This document shows positions 20,304 to 28,352 of a stretch of 28,352 bases of DNA, piece after piece. The notes beneath the pieces were generated by a model that was not told the origin of the DNA, did no database searches, and saw nothing but the letters and a program-made list of their open reading frames with translations. The translations under genes and the position numbers were made by a program. Within the stretch, counting starts at the first letter, position 1. Each line of letters starts with the position of its first letter. Source of the DNA: a bacterium (lineage in GTDB: Bacteria > JADJOY01); NCBI GenBank assembly GCA_046331705.1, contig JAXLQJ010000030.1, positions 62,001 to 90,352 on the forward strand. Reading direction: 5' to 3'.

Positions 20304-20346
20304 GGATGTTCGTGGACCTCCCGACCCGTCGCACCGAGACCGATCG

Positions 20347-20577
20347 ATGAAGGCGCTCATCGAGTTCATCGCCCGCTCCCTCGTGGATCGGCCCGACGAG
20401 GTGGAGGTTCGAGAGGTCCCTTCGGACCGCGGGCTGGTGCTCGAGCTCAAGGTCGCGCGCGAGGATCTCGGCAAGGTCATCGGCAAGCAGGGACGTACCG
20501 CCCGCGCCCTTCGCACCGTCCTGAGCGCCGCGGCGCTCAAGGCCTCCCAGCGAACGGTCCTCGAGATCCTGGAGTGA
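20347..20577 (+). CDS. khpA: KH-domain RNA-binding protein KhpA (YlqC/UPF0109)
   Basis: 76 aa, [13 protein letters not shown]xxG motif, conserved position between rpsP and rimM. Confidence 0.93.
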   Translation: MKALIEFIARSLVDRPDEVEVREVPSDRGLVLELKVAREDLGKVIGKQGRTARALRTVLSAAALKASQRTVLEILE

Positions 20578-20633
20578 TCGGAAGCCGCGAGCCGGCCCGA
20601 TCGAATCCGTGAGAGCCTGCGTGAGCCACCGCC

Positions 20634-21323
20634 ATGAACGCGACCCCGGACTCACCCCGCTCCCCTCGCGCCCGATCGCGTGCAACCGATCGGACGCCAG
20701 CCTCGATCGCTGAGCCGCTCGCCGTCGTGCCGGTCGGGCGCGTGCTGCGCGCCCACGGAGTGCACGGCGCGCTCGTGGTGCGCGCCTTCGGCGACACCCT
20801 GGCCTCGTTACGCAGAGGAGAACGGATCTGGGCACGGGGACGGGACTCGCGCGTCACCGAACGATCGCTCACGGTCGAAGCCGTCCGTCCGACGCACGCG
20901 GACCTCTGCCTCGTCGAGCTGGATCCGGTGCACACCCGCGAAGACGGCCAGGCGCTCAACGGCCTGGAGCTCTGCGTGCCACGCGAGCGGCTTCCCCAGC
21001 TCGCCGCCGACGAATACTACCGGGCCGACCTGCTGGGGCTTGCGGTGCACAGCCCGGCCGGTGATCGCCTCGGCGAGATCGTGGGCTTCCTCGATCTACC
21101 CCAGCACGACGTCCTCGTCGTTCGCGGCGAGGCGGGTGAGCTGCTGCTACCGATGGCCGAAGGAACGATTCACGAGATCGATCTCGCCTCGCGCCGCGTC
21201 GTCGCGACACCGTTTCTCGACGAGGCACGACCCACCCCCCGGGTGCGGGCACGACGCCCGGACCGCCAGCAGCGCGCAGCGGGGACGTCCGGAGAGTCGA
21301 AGCGCGCGAGCGCACCCCGCTGA
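20634..21323 (+). CDS. rimM: Ribosome maturation factor RimM (start uncertain)
   Basis: GRVLRAHGVHG, DEYYRADLLGL, HDVLVV, LLLP, PRC-barrel-like end; synteny with trmD. Confidence 0.9.
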   Translation: MNATPDSPRSPRARSRATDRTPASIAEPLAVVPVGRVLRAHGVHGALVVRAFGDTLASLRRGERIWARGRDSRVTERSLTVEAVRPTHADLCLVELDPVHTREDGQALNGLELCVPRERLPQLAADEYYRADLLGLAVHSPAGDRLGEIVGFLDLPQHDVLVVRGEAGELLLPMAEGTIHEIDLASRRVVATPFLDEARPTPRVRARRPDRQQRAAGTSGESKRASAPR

Positions 21324-21338
21324 GCGAAGCAACGCCCC

Positions 21339-22148
21339 ATGCACTTCCACGTCCTCACCCTCTTTCCGAACCTCGTCGCCCCCTACCTCGGCGACGGGGT
21401 GCTGGCGCGCGGCGCGCGCGCCGGCTTGGTGACCGTCGAGGTGCACGACATCCGCGACGAGGGCGAGGGAAAGCACCGAGTCGTGGACGACGCGCCTTTC
21501 GGCGGAGGCGCCGGCATGGTGATGAAGCCCGGCCCGCTGGTGCGCTGGATCCGCCGCCTGAAGGAGCGCGCCGCGCGCGCGCGCGTGGTCTTCCTCTCTC
21601 CCCAGGGACGACTCTTCGATCATCACGTCGCCGAGCGCCTCGCCTCCGAGGACGAGCTGATCCTGCTGTGCGGGCGCTACGAGGGCATCGACGAGCGCGT
21701 GCGCGAGCATTTCGTGGACGACGAGATCTCGATCGGCGACTACGTGCTCACCGGCGGCGAGCTGGCGGCGCTGGTCGTGATCGACGCCGTGAGCCGCTTC
21801 GTGCCGGGCGTCGTCGGCAACGAGGAGTCGGTTCGAACCGATTCCCTCGCGGACGGCTTGCTCAAGCACCCCCAGTACACGCAACCTCGAGAGTTCGAAG
21901 GCATCTCCGTGCCCGCGGTGCTCCTCTCCGGCGATCACGGAAAGATCGCCGCGTGGCGCCGCGAGGAAACCATCAAGCGCACCGCCGCGCGGCGCCCTGA
22001 GCTGCTGGCCGGAGCTCGCCTGAGCCCGGCGGAGCGAACGCTGGCCGCCAGCGCACGAGCCCACGGCCCGAGCACCCCCGACACGCGAATCCTCGCCGAA
22101 GACCCAGAGCCCAAACCGCTGAGACCCGAGACCCACGGAGGGATGTGA
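21339..22148 (+). CDS. trmD: tRNA (guanine37-N1)-methyltransferase TrmD
   Basis: [56 protein letters not shown]. Confidence 0.97.
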   Translation: MHFHVLTLFPNLVAPYLGDGVLARGARAGLVTVEVHDIRDEGEGKHRVVDDAPFGGGAGMVMKPGPLVRWIRRLKERAARARVVFLSPQGRLFDHHVAERLASEDELILLCGRYEGIDERVREHFVDDEISIGDYVLTGGELAALVVIDAVSRFVPGVVGNEESVRTDSLADGLLKHPQYTQPREFEGISVPAVLLSGDHGKIAAWRREETIKRTAARRPELLAGARLSPAERTLAASARAHGPSTPDTRILAEDPEPKPLRPETHGGM

Positions 22149-22149
22149 C

Positions 22150-22545
22150 ATGGAACGAATCGCGCAATTCGAGAGCGGCGTGGCCGCGCAGACTGGCGCT
22201 CGCCAGATCGAGTTCGAGCCGGGCGACACCGTCAAGGTGGCGACCAAGATCGTGGAAGGCGACAAGGAACGGATTCAGATCTTCCAGGGCACCGTGATCC
22301 GGATTCGCAAGAATCGCGCGCGCACCACGTTCACGGTCCGCAAGACGTCGTACGGCGTGGGTGTCGAGCGCGTGTTCCCGCTGCACGCCCCATCGGTGGT
22401 CTCCGTCGAGGTCGTGATGAAGGGCAGCGTGCGACGCGCGAAGCTCTACTACCTCCGTGACCTCAAGGGTAAGGCGAGTCGAATCCGCGAGCGTCGTGAC
22501 GACGTGCGCAGCGACGAGACCGCCGAGAGCGCACCGGCCGAGTGA
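22150..22545 (+). CDS. rplS: 50S ribosomal protein L19
   Basis: [55 protein letters not shown]. Confidence 0.98.
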   Translation: MERIAQFESGVAAQTGARQIEFEPGDTVKVATKIVEGDKERIQIFQGTVIRIRKNRARTTFTVRKTSYGVGVERVFPLHAPSVVSVEVVMKGSVRRAKLYYLRDLKGKASRIRERRDDVRSDETAESAPAE

Positions 22546-22557
22546 TTCCTTCCGCGG

Positions 22558-22959
22558 ATGCGATCCGCGGAAGCACGCAGCGAAGCCGTGCGGCGGCAAG
22601 AGGTCGGACGCCTTGGCGAGGACCTGGCTGCTTCTCACCTGAAGCAGGCCGGGCTCGCGATCCGGGACCGAAACTGGCGCTGCCGCTACGGCGAGATCGA
22701 CCTGATCTGCACCGAGGGCGCGACCGTGGTCTTCGCCGAGGTCCGCACGCTGCGGACCCGACGGCGAGGTCGCCCCGAGGCGAGCGTCGCGCTCGACAAG
22801 CGGCGCACCCTGGTGCGCGCGAGTCAGATGTGGCTGCAGCGCAACGGCGGCTCGGACCGTCCCATCCGCTACGACGTGGTCGCGATCGAGCTGGGCGGCC
22901 CCGAGCCGGTGATCCGCCACACCCGCGGCGCCTTCGACGCATCGGGCGACGTGCTGTGA
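22558..22959 (+). CDS. yraN: YraN family (UPF0102) putative endonuclease
   Basis: GRLGEDLA, RNWRCRYGEIDLI, VFAEVR, RYDVV. Confidence 0.9.
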   Translation: MRSAEARSEAVRRQEVGRLGEDLAASHLKQAGLAIRDRNWRCRYGEIDLICTEGATVVFAEVRTLRTRRRGRPEASVALDKRRTLVRASQMWLQRNGGSDRPIRYDVVAIELGGPEPVIRHTRGAFDASGDVL

Positions 22960-22987
22960 GACCCTGCGAACGGCGAGCGCGCCCGCG

Positions 22988-23872
22988 ATGAGCTCACCGC
23001 ACGGCGGGACCCTGTTCGTGGTCGGGACGCCGATCGGCAACCTCGAGGACCTCACCCCGCGGGCACGGCGGACGCTCGCCGAGGTCTCGCTGATCCTCGC
23101 CGAGGACACGCGCCGGCTGCGCGCGCTGGCTCCCCAGGGAGGCTTTCGCGCGCGGCTGCTCAGCATCCCCGCCCCGCGCGAGCACCAGCGCATCGACACG
23201 CTCCTCGATCACCTCGCGGGCGGCGGCTCGGCGGCGTTGGTCACGGACGCCGGAATGCCCGTCATCTCCGATCCCGGCGCACACCTCGTTCGTGCCGCTC
23301 GTGAAGCCGGATACCGCGTGGTGCCGATCCCCGGGGTGAGCGCCGTTGCAACTGCGCTCGCGGCGGCGGGACCGCCAGCGCCGACCTTTCTCTTCCTGGG
23401 ATTCCTGCCGGCGCACGGAACCGAGCGCCGCCGACGCATGGACGAGATCGCGCGCTCGGCGCACACGGTGGTGATCTTCGAGGCGCCGCACCGCTTGCGA
23501 CGCACGCTCACCGAGCTGGCCGAGGCGTGCGGCCCGGCGCGGCGAATCGTGATCGCGCGCGAGCTGACCAAGCTTCACGAGGAGATCCTCGCGGGTCCGC
23601 TTCAGACGCTGGTCGCGGAGCTGCCGGAGCTCGTGCGCGGCGAGATCACCCTCGTCGTCGATCCCGCGGACCCCGACTCGATGCCCGCAGCCGGCGTCGA
23701 GCCGGCGCCCGACGCCGAAGCGGTGCTCGCGCGGCTTCTCGGCGAGGGCCGCTCGACCGCGCAGGCGGCGCGCGAGGCGGCGCGCGCGCTCAAGCGCGAT
23801 CGTCGCGAGCTCTATCGACTCGCGATCGAGATCCAGGCTCGGCTCGGCCGTCGCGACGAGCCGGCTCAGTAA
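22988..23872 (+). CDS. rsmI: 16S rRNA (cytidine1402-2'-O)-methyltransferase RsmI
   Basis: LFVVGTPIGNLEDLT, AEDTR, DAGMPVISDPG, PIPG, FLGFLP, FEAPHR, RELTKLHEE. Confidence 0.95.
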   Translation: MSSPHGGTLFVVGTPIGNLEDLTPRARRTLAEVSLILAEDTRRLRALAPQGGFRARLLSIPAPREHQRIDTLLDHLAGGGSAALVTDAGMPVISDPGAHLVRAAREAGYRVVPIPGVSAVATALAAAGPPAPTFLFLGFLPAHGTERRRRMDEIARSAHTVVIFEAPHRLRRTLTELAEACGPARRIVIARELTKLHEEILAGPLQTLVAELPELVRGEITLVVDPADPDSMPAAGVEPAPDAEAVLARLLGEGRSTAQAAREAARALKRDRRELYRLAIEIQARLGRRDEPAQ

Positions 23873-24183
23873 CGAACGCGGAACTCGCGCTCGTCGGCGC
23901 TCGCTTCCCAGCACAGCTCGAGCTCGTCGACACGCGCCGAGCGTGGACCATGACGGCACCACGCCACCGCGGCCTCGACGGCCTGGCGCGGCCCCTCGAA
24001 CACCGCCTCGACGCGCCCGTCGGGGAGATTCCGCACCCACCCCGCCAGACCCAGCCGCGCGGCTTCCTCGGCGGTCGCTCCCCGGAACCACACCCCCTGA
24101 ACGCGCCCCGCGACCCAGACGTGGGCGCGCACGAGTGTGTCGTCGGCTCGCGTGCCGCCGGGGTTCGGTGGGATTGCCCGCAT
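23866..24183 (-). CDS. acyP: Acylphosphatase
   Basis: GRVQGVWFR and GWVRNLPDGRVEAVFEG signatures; stop overlaps the rsmI stop convergently. Confidence 0.95.
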   Translation of the reverse strand: MRAIPPNPGGTRADDTLVRAHVWVAGRVQGVWFRGATAEEAARLGLAGWVRNLPDGRVEAVFEGPRQAVEAAVAWCRHGPRSARVDELELCWEASADEREFRVRY

Positions 24184-24206
24184 GGTGGCCGCCGATCTCG
24201 ATCCGC

Positions 24207-25454
24207 TCAGAACGGATAGCCGAGGTTCGCGAAGATGGCCGAGCCCTCGGTGCCGTATCCGATGTCCACCGCCGCGACCACGTTCGGCGGCACCAGCAGC
24301 CGGATGCCCACGCCACCCACGGGCTGCATCCGCTTCCAGAACGGGTCGTTGGTGTCGAAGACCTTGCCCACGTCCAGGAACGGCGCGACCTCGAGCTGGG
24401 TGAACACGTCGAAGAGCGTGAGGTCGTAGAAGCGAATGCGCTCCTCGATCTGAAGCAGGATCTTGCCGTGATCGGCGAAGCGGTCCTCGCCGAATCCCCT
24501 GAGCTCGCTCGAGCCACCCAGCCGCGACAGCTCGAAGAACGGGACGTGATCGCCGATCACGTAGTGCGCGAGCAGCCGCACCGCGGTCACGTAACGGTGC
24601 GAGGCGCCGGACAAGAACATGCGTCCCTCGGCGTCGAAGCGCTGGAACGAGACGTCGCCCGCCCAGTTGCGCGAGGCGATCTCGACGCCGCTCGATCCGT
24701 AGAAGCCGCCGTTCGGCATGTCGATCGAATCGCGGCTATCCCACAGCAGCGAGAAACGCGTCGCGCCGATCAAGTCGCCGTCGAGCCCCGGCGTCCCCGC
24801 GAAGCGATCGCGCGGAGAATCGATGTCGAGCGCGCTCGCGAGGACGTTCACCTTGCGGATGCGTCCCTGCACGATCGCGCGCAGCTCGTCGCGGAGGTAG
24901 ACCCCGACTCCGGCGCTGCCGCCCATCTCCTCGCGGGTGTACGCGGTCTCGTCGTCCGCCGTCGATTCCGGGCCGAGGCCGAAGAACCGCTGCGTGATGA
25001 GGCGTCGATAGCCCGCCTGCCCCTCGAGGCTGTAGGTGCGGTTGAGGACGTTCGGGTTCTTGTAGTCGAGGTAATAGACCTGCTCGCTGCCGGTACCGTA
25101 GGACGCGTACGTCGTGATCTTCTCGTCGCCCTGCGGATAGAAGAAGTGCCGGAACGTGCCGGTCACGCCGAAGATGTCGCTGTACGAGACCGAGGGCGCG
25201 GTGATGCTTCGCGTGCGGGAGTCGCGGGTCTCGAGGAACGCGAGGATCAGCCCGTACGTCACGCCGGCGTTGGGGTCGGTCGAGACGAACGGCACCGGGA
25301 AGAGCTTGACGTCGGAGGCGCTCTCGGCGTGCACCGACGATGCGAGCCCGAGCAGCGCCGCCCCGACGATCCACGCCGCGTTCCACGCGCGGCGCTGCCC
25401 GCGTGCCCGCTCGGTCGACGAGCACCCCCGGGCCTCACGGCGAGCCGAGCGCAT
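24207..25454 (-). CDS. Omp85/BamA-TamA superfamily outer-membrane barrel without POTRA domains
   Basis: Signal-like hydrophobic stretch ending VHA, PVPFVSTDP..GVTYG, WDSRD..PNGG, LGGSSELRGF..DRF loop-6 motif, C-terminal LGYPF. Confidence 0.85.
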   Translation of the reverse strand: MRSARREARGCSSTERARGQRRAWNAAWIVGAALLGLASSVHAESASDVKLFPVPFVSTDPNAGVTYGLILAFLETRDSRTRSITAPSVSYSDIFGVTGTFRHFFYPQGDEKITTYASYGTGSEQVYYLDYKNPNVLNRTYSLEGQAGYRRLITQRFFGLGPESTADDETAYTREEMGGSAGVGVYLRDELRAIVQGRIRKVNVLASALDIDSPRDRFAGTPGLDGDLIGATRFSLLWDSRDSIDMPNGGFYGSSGVEIASRNWAGDVSFQRFDAEGRMFLSGASHRYVTAVRLLAHYVIGDHVPFFELSRLGGSSELRGFGEDRFADHGKILLQIEERIRFYDLTLFDVFTQLEVAPFLDVGKVFDTNDPFWKRMQPVGGVGIRLLVPPNVVAAVDIGYGTEGSAIFANLGYPF

Positions 25455-25494
25455 CTCCGACAGGCTCCTAACACACGCCCGAAAACGGCAACAA

Positions 25495-25506
25495 GCAACC
25501 GGTTGC
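25495..25506. promoter_or_regulatory. Perfect 12-bp palindrome GCAACCGGTTGC, possible operator
   Basis: Lies in the 59-nt spacer upstream of the Omp85 gene and resembles LacI-family GnAAnCGnTTnC sites. Confidence 0.3.
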
Positions 25507-25513
25507 GCGGCGG

Positions 25514-26758
25514 TCAGCGGGCGGGAAGCGCCGCTTCGATCGCATCCGTCAGCGCCGCCGCCGTGCGCGCCTCTTCCGGAAACGCCACCGTCGCGATGAC
25601 GGCATCCCGGCTATCCGCGAGCTGGTCGCGGATGCGGCTCAGCAGCGCCGAGGCCTCGGTGCGGCGCACCGGTGCGAACACGGCGACGCACCCCGGGCGA
25701 TCGTGATCCAACACCGCGTCCGACGCGCGCACCATGGGGTGGATTCGAGCGCGCAGGCCCGAGGCGGTCTGCTCGCCCTCGGCGTTCGGGGTGCTCGACG
25801 CGCCCGCGGCGACCACCACCAGCGTGAACGGCTCGCCGCGGCGTTCCGCGTAACCGATGCGCCAGTCGAGATAGGCCTGGAACTGGCTCTTGCCGGCGGC
25901 GATGGGCAGCAACACCGTGAACGTCGAGCCCACGCCAACCCGGCTCTCGACGTCCACCCGTCCGCCGTGCGCCTCGACGATCTCGCGCACGATCGGCAGG
26001 CCGAGCCCCGTGCCACCCGAGCCGCGCCGCGGGTGCTTGATCTGGACGAACTTGTCGAAGATCAAACCGAGCTGGTCTTCGGGCATGCCGATGCCGCTGT
26101 CGACGACGCGCACGCACGCCTGCTCGCCGTCCGGGTCCCGCTCGACGATCACCCGCACCGCGCCCCCACGATCGGTGAACTTGACCGCGTTCGAGAGCAG
26201 ATTCGTCATCACTTGCTTCAGCCGGTCGGCGTCGCCCAGCACCTGCACCGCCGGCGCGCCCCCGGCCAGCTCGAGCAGGATTCCGCGCTCCTTGGCCAAG
26301 GGCCGCATCAGCTCGACGCTCGCGGCGAGCACCGGCCCCAGCTCGAGGAGACGCATGCTCCAATCCGCGCGGCCGGCCTCGATCTTGGTGAGGTCCAGCA
26401 GGTCGTTGATGAGATGGGTGAGGCGATCGGTCTCGGCGGTGATGATCGCGACGTAGCGGCGACGCTCCTCGGGATCCTGATCGTCGTAGCGTCCGAGGAT
26501 CTCCGCGAACGAGCGAATCGAGGTGAGCGGCGTACGCAGCTCGTGGCTCACGCTCGCGAGAAACTCGCTCTTGAGACGATCGGCCTGCTTGAGCCGCGCG
26601 TTGGCGAGCTCGAGCTCGCTCTTGATCCTGTCGAGCTCCGCGAGCCGCTCTTCCGCGGCCCGCAAGCGCAGCGCGGCCGAGGGTGACCGAGCCGCGCGCG
26701 GCGCCGCAGACGCCGTGGACTTGGTCTGCTTTCGAGTCGCCGACGCTCGAGAAGGCAT
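25514..26758 (-). CDS. Cytoplasmic histidine kinase (coiled coil, HisKA, HATPase) with a C-terminal degenerate GGDEF-like domain
   Basis: SEFLASVSHELRTPL, NLLSNAVKFT, DSGIG, GGTGLGL; no TM; tail of about 125 aa FQAYLDWRI..AERRGEPFTL..VRASD..RIR..VAFPEE. Confidence 0.85.
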   Translation of the reverse strand: MPSRASATRKQTKSTASAAPRAARSPSAALRLRAAEERLAELDRIKSELELANARLKQADRLKSEFLASVSHELRTPLTSIRSFAEILGRYDDQDPEERRRYVAIITAETDRLTHLINDLLDLTKIEAGRADWSMRLLELGPVLAASVELMRPLAKERGILLELAGGAPAVQVLGDADRLKQVMTNLLSNAVKFTDRGGAVRVIVERDPDGEQACVRVVDSGIGMPEDQLGLIFDKFVQIKHPRRGSGGTGLGLPIVREIVEAHGGRVDVESRVGVGSTFTVLLPIAAGKSQFQAYLDWRIGYAERRGEPFTLVVVAAGASSTPNAEGEQTASGLRARIHPMVRASDAVLDHDRPGCVAVFAPVRRTEASALLSRIRDQLADSRDAVIATVAFPEEARTAAALTDAIEAALPAR

Positions 26759-26774
26759 CGCCGCCGTGCCGCGC

Positions 26775-28253
26775 TCAGGCCAAGGGCTCGCTCGGATCGC
26801 TCAGGCCCGCGTCCACGTCGCCGCGGCGGTTGAGCGGGCCCAAGCGTTTGCGCTTCATCTTCTCGATCAGCGTCGTGCGGTTCATGCGCAACAGCTCGGC
26901 GGCGCGATTCTTGTTCCCGTGCGCCATCTCGAGGGCGCGCTTGATGAGTCGATCCTCGAACGCGTTGACCTCGTCCTTGAGCGAGATGCCGTCGGCGGGA
27001 ATGTCCGCCGCAGGCGACCACGATTCGCGGCGCACCGGCCCACCGGTCAACACCCGCTCCGGCAAGTCGGCGCGCTGGATCCGACCGTCGCCCTTCAGGA
27101 TCGTGAGGCGCTCGATCAGGTTCTGCAGCTCGCGCACGTTGCCCGGCCAGTGGTAGCCGAGCAAGGTCTCCATGGCATCCGGGGCGAAGAACTGTTCCAG
27201 CGTGGGCGTGGGCGTGGGCACGCGGTGGAAGCGCTCGACGAAGTGCTGCAAGAGCAACGGGATGTCGTCACGGCGCTCACGCAGCGGTGGCAAGTCGATG
27301 CGGATGACGTTGAGCCGGTAGTAGAGGTCCTCGCGGATGACGCGGCTGCGCACCGCCTCCTCCATGTTCACGTTGGTGGCGGCGATCACGCGCACGTCCA
27401 CCTTGATCGGCTTGACGCCGCCCACCGGCTCGAAGGCGTGCTCTTCGAGGACGCGCAGCAGCTTCACCTGCAGGTTGGCGCTCATCTCGCCGATCTCGTC
27501 GAGGAAGATCGTGCCGCCGTCGGCGGCGCTGAAGCGGCCCTGCTTGTTCGCGATCGCACCGGTGAACGAGCCGCGCAGGTGCCCGAAGAGCTCGCTCTCG
27601 AGCAGGTTCTCGGGAATCGCGCCGCAGTTGACGGCCACCAGCGGACGATGGCGGCGCGGCGAGTTGTAATGGATCGCCTTGGCGACCAGCTCCTTGCCCG
27701 TCCCGCTCTCGCCGAGGATCAAGACGGTCGAGTCGGTGCGCGCGACGCGCTCGATGATGCGGTACACGTCGCACATCGGCTCGGAGTTCCCGATGATGTT
27801 GTCGAAGCGGTACTTCGCCTTGAGCTGCGCCTTGAGCTCGTCGTTCTCTTCTTGCAGCCGGCCGAACTGGATCGCGCGCTCGACGATCACCTTCACGTCG
27901 TCGAGCTTGAATGGCTTGGTGACGTAGTGAAACGCGCCCGCTCGAGTGGCCTCGATGGCGCTCGGGATCGAACCGAACGCCGTCATGATGATGCACGGCA
28001 GCGAGGGGGTCAGCTCCTTCGCCTTGCGGATGAAGTCGATCCCGCCGAGCTCGCCGAGGTCCGGGAGATTGAGGTCCACCAGCGCCACGTCGTAGCGCGG
28101 TGAGCCTGGCAGCCGATCCAGCCCCGACTCGCCGTCCGGCACCGCATCGACGTCGAATCCCTCGCGCGCGAAGAAAACCCGAAGGCTTTCGAGAATGTGT
28201 GGCTCGTCGTCGACCACCAAAAGCCGAGTCTGCACGGATCCCCCCCTGCTCAC
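26775..28253 (-). CDS. Sigma54-dependent response regulator (REC-AAA+-HTH) with a FleQ/FlrA-like recognition helix
   Basis: VVDDE, VDLNLP phospho-Asp, TKP; GESGTGKE, GSFTGA, IFLDEI, WPGNVRELQN; HTH AAELLRMNRTTLIEKMKR. Confidence 0.9.
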   Translation of the reverse strand: MSRGGSVQTRLLVVDDEPHILESLRVFFAREGFDVDAVPDGESGLDRLPGSPRYDVALVDLNLPDLGELGGIDFIRKAKELTPSLPCIIMTAFGSIPSAIEATRAGAFHYVTKPFKLDDVKVIVERAIQFGRLQEENDELKAQLKAKYRFDNIIGNSEPMCDVYRIIERVARTDSTVLILGESGTGKELVAKAIHYNSPRRHRPLVAVNCGAIPENLLESELFGHLRGSFTGAIANKQGRFSAADGGTIFLDEIGEMSANLQVKLLRVLEEHAFEPVGGVKPIKVDVRVIAATNVNMEEAVRSRVIREDLYYRLNVIRIDLPPLRERRDDIPLLLQHFVERFHRVPTPTPTLEQFFAPDAMETLLGYHWPGNVRELQNLIERLTILKGDGRIQRADLPERVLTGGPVRRESWSPAADIPADGISLKDEVNAFEDRLIKRALEMAHGNKNRAAELLRMNRTTLIEKMKRKRLGPLNRRGDVDAGLSDPSEPLA

Positions 28254-28296
28254 GTCACGATGCCGCCGATCCGCGCTCAGCGGCCGAGGCGGGCGT

Positions 28297-28326
28297 ACAT
28301 TACTCGCCCTGCGCAGGCTGGGTCAA
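28297..28326 (-). promoter_or_regulatory. Putative sigma70 promoter (TTGACC-N18-TAATGT) of the response regulator gene
   Basis: -35 at 28321-28326, -10 at 28297-28302. Confidence 0.55.
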
Positions 28327-28335
28327 CGCATTGAC
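28322..28335. promoter_or_regulatory. Inverted repeat GTCAA-cgca-TTGAC, FleQ-box-like site
   Basis: 14-bp dyad overlapping the predicted -35; matches the GTCA-N6-TGAC layout of Pseudomonas FleQ sites. Confidence 0.5.
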
Positions 28336-28352
28336 GGCGCATCGCGCGTTGA

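Noticed and set aside
27201..27218. (CGTGGG)3 tandem repeat encoding PTPTPT in the activator
   Set aside because: Short, in frame and in a variable loop; no evidence for phase variation
28322..28335. FNR/CRP-type site
   Set aside because: The half-sites are in the opposite orientation to TTGAT-N4-ATCAA

Overview
GC-rich bacterial chromosomal segment. The gene order and content suggest Myxococcota or a related 'deltaproteobacterial' lineage (inference). It is almost fully coding, with no rRNA, tRNA, CRISPR or mobile element seen. The left arm (minus strand) holds two GT-C-type membrane glycosyltransferases, a GntR regulator, the type IVa pilus cluster pilB-pilT-pilC-pilS-pilR without the usual downstream pilA, and accA. 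The middle holds an RNase E/G-family gene, etfBA, a signal-peptidase-I-like protein lacking both catalytic residues, and a secreted DUF4124-like protein with tandem Ig-like repeats. The plus-strand housekeeping cluster ffh-rpsP-khpA-rimM-trmD-rplS-yraN-rsmI follows. The right arm (minus strand) encodes a sigma54 activator with a FleQ-like HTH, a sensor-less histidine kinase with a degenerate GGDEF-like tail retaining RxxD, a POTRA-less Omp85 barrel and an acylphosphatase. The best candidates for under-described biology are this right-arm signalling module and the pseudo-signal-peptidase gene pair. All family calls come from motif recognition by eye; no searches were run.
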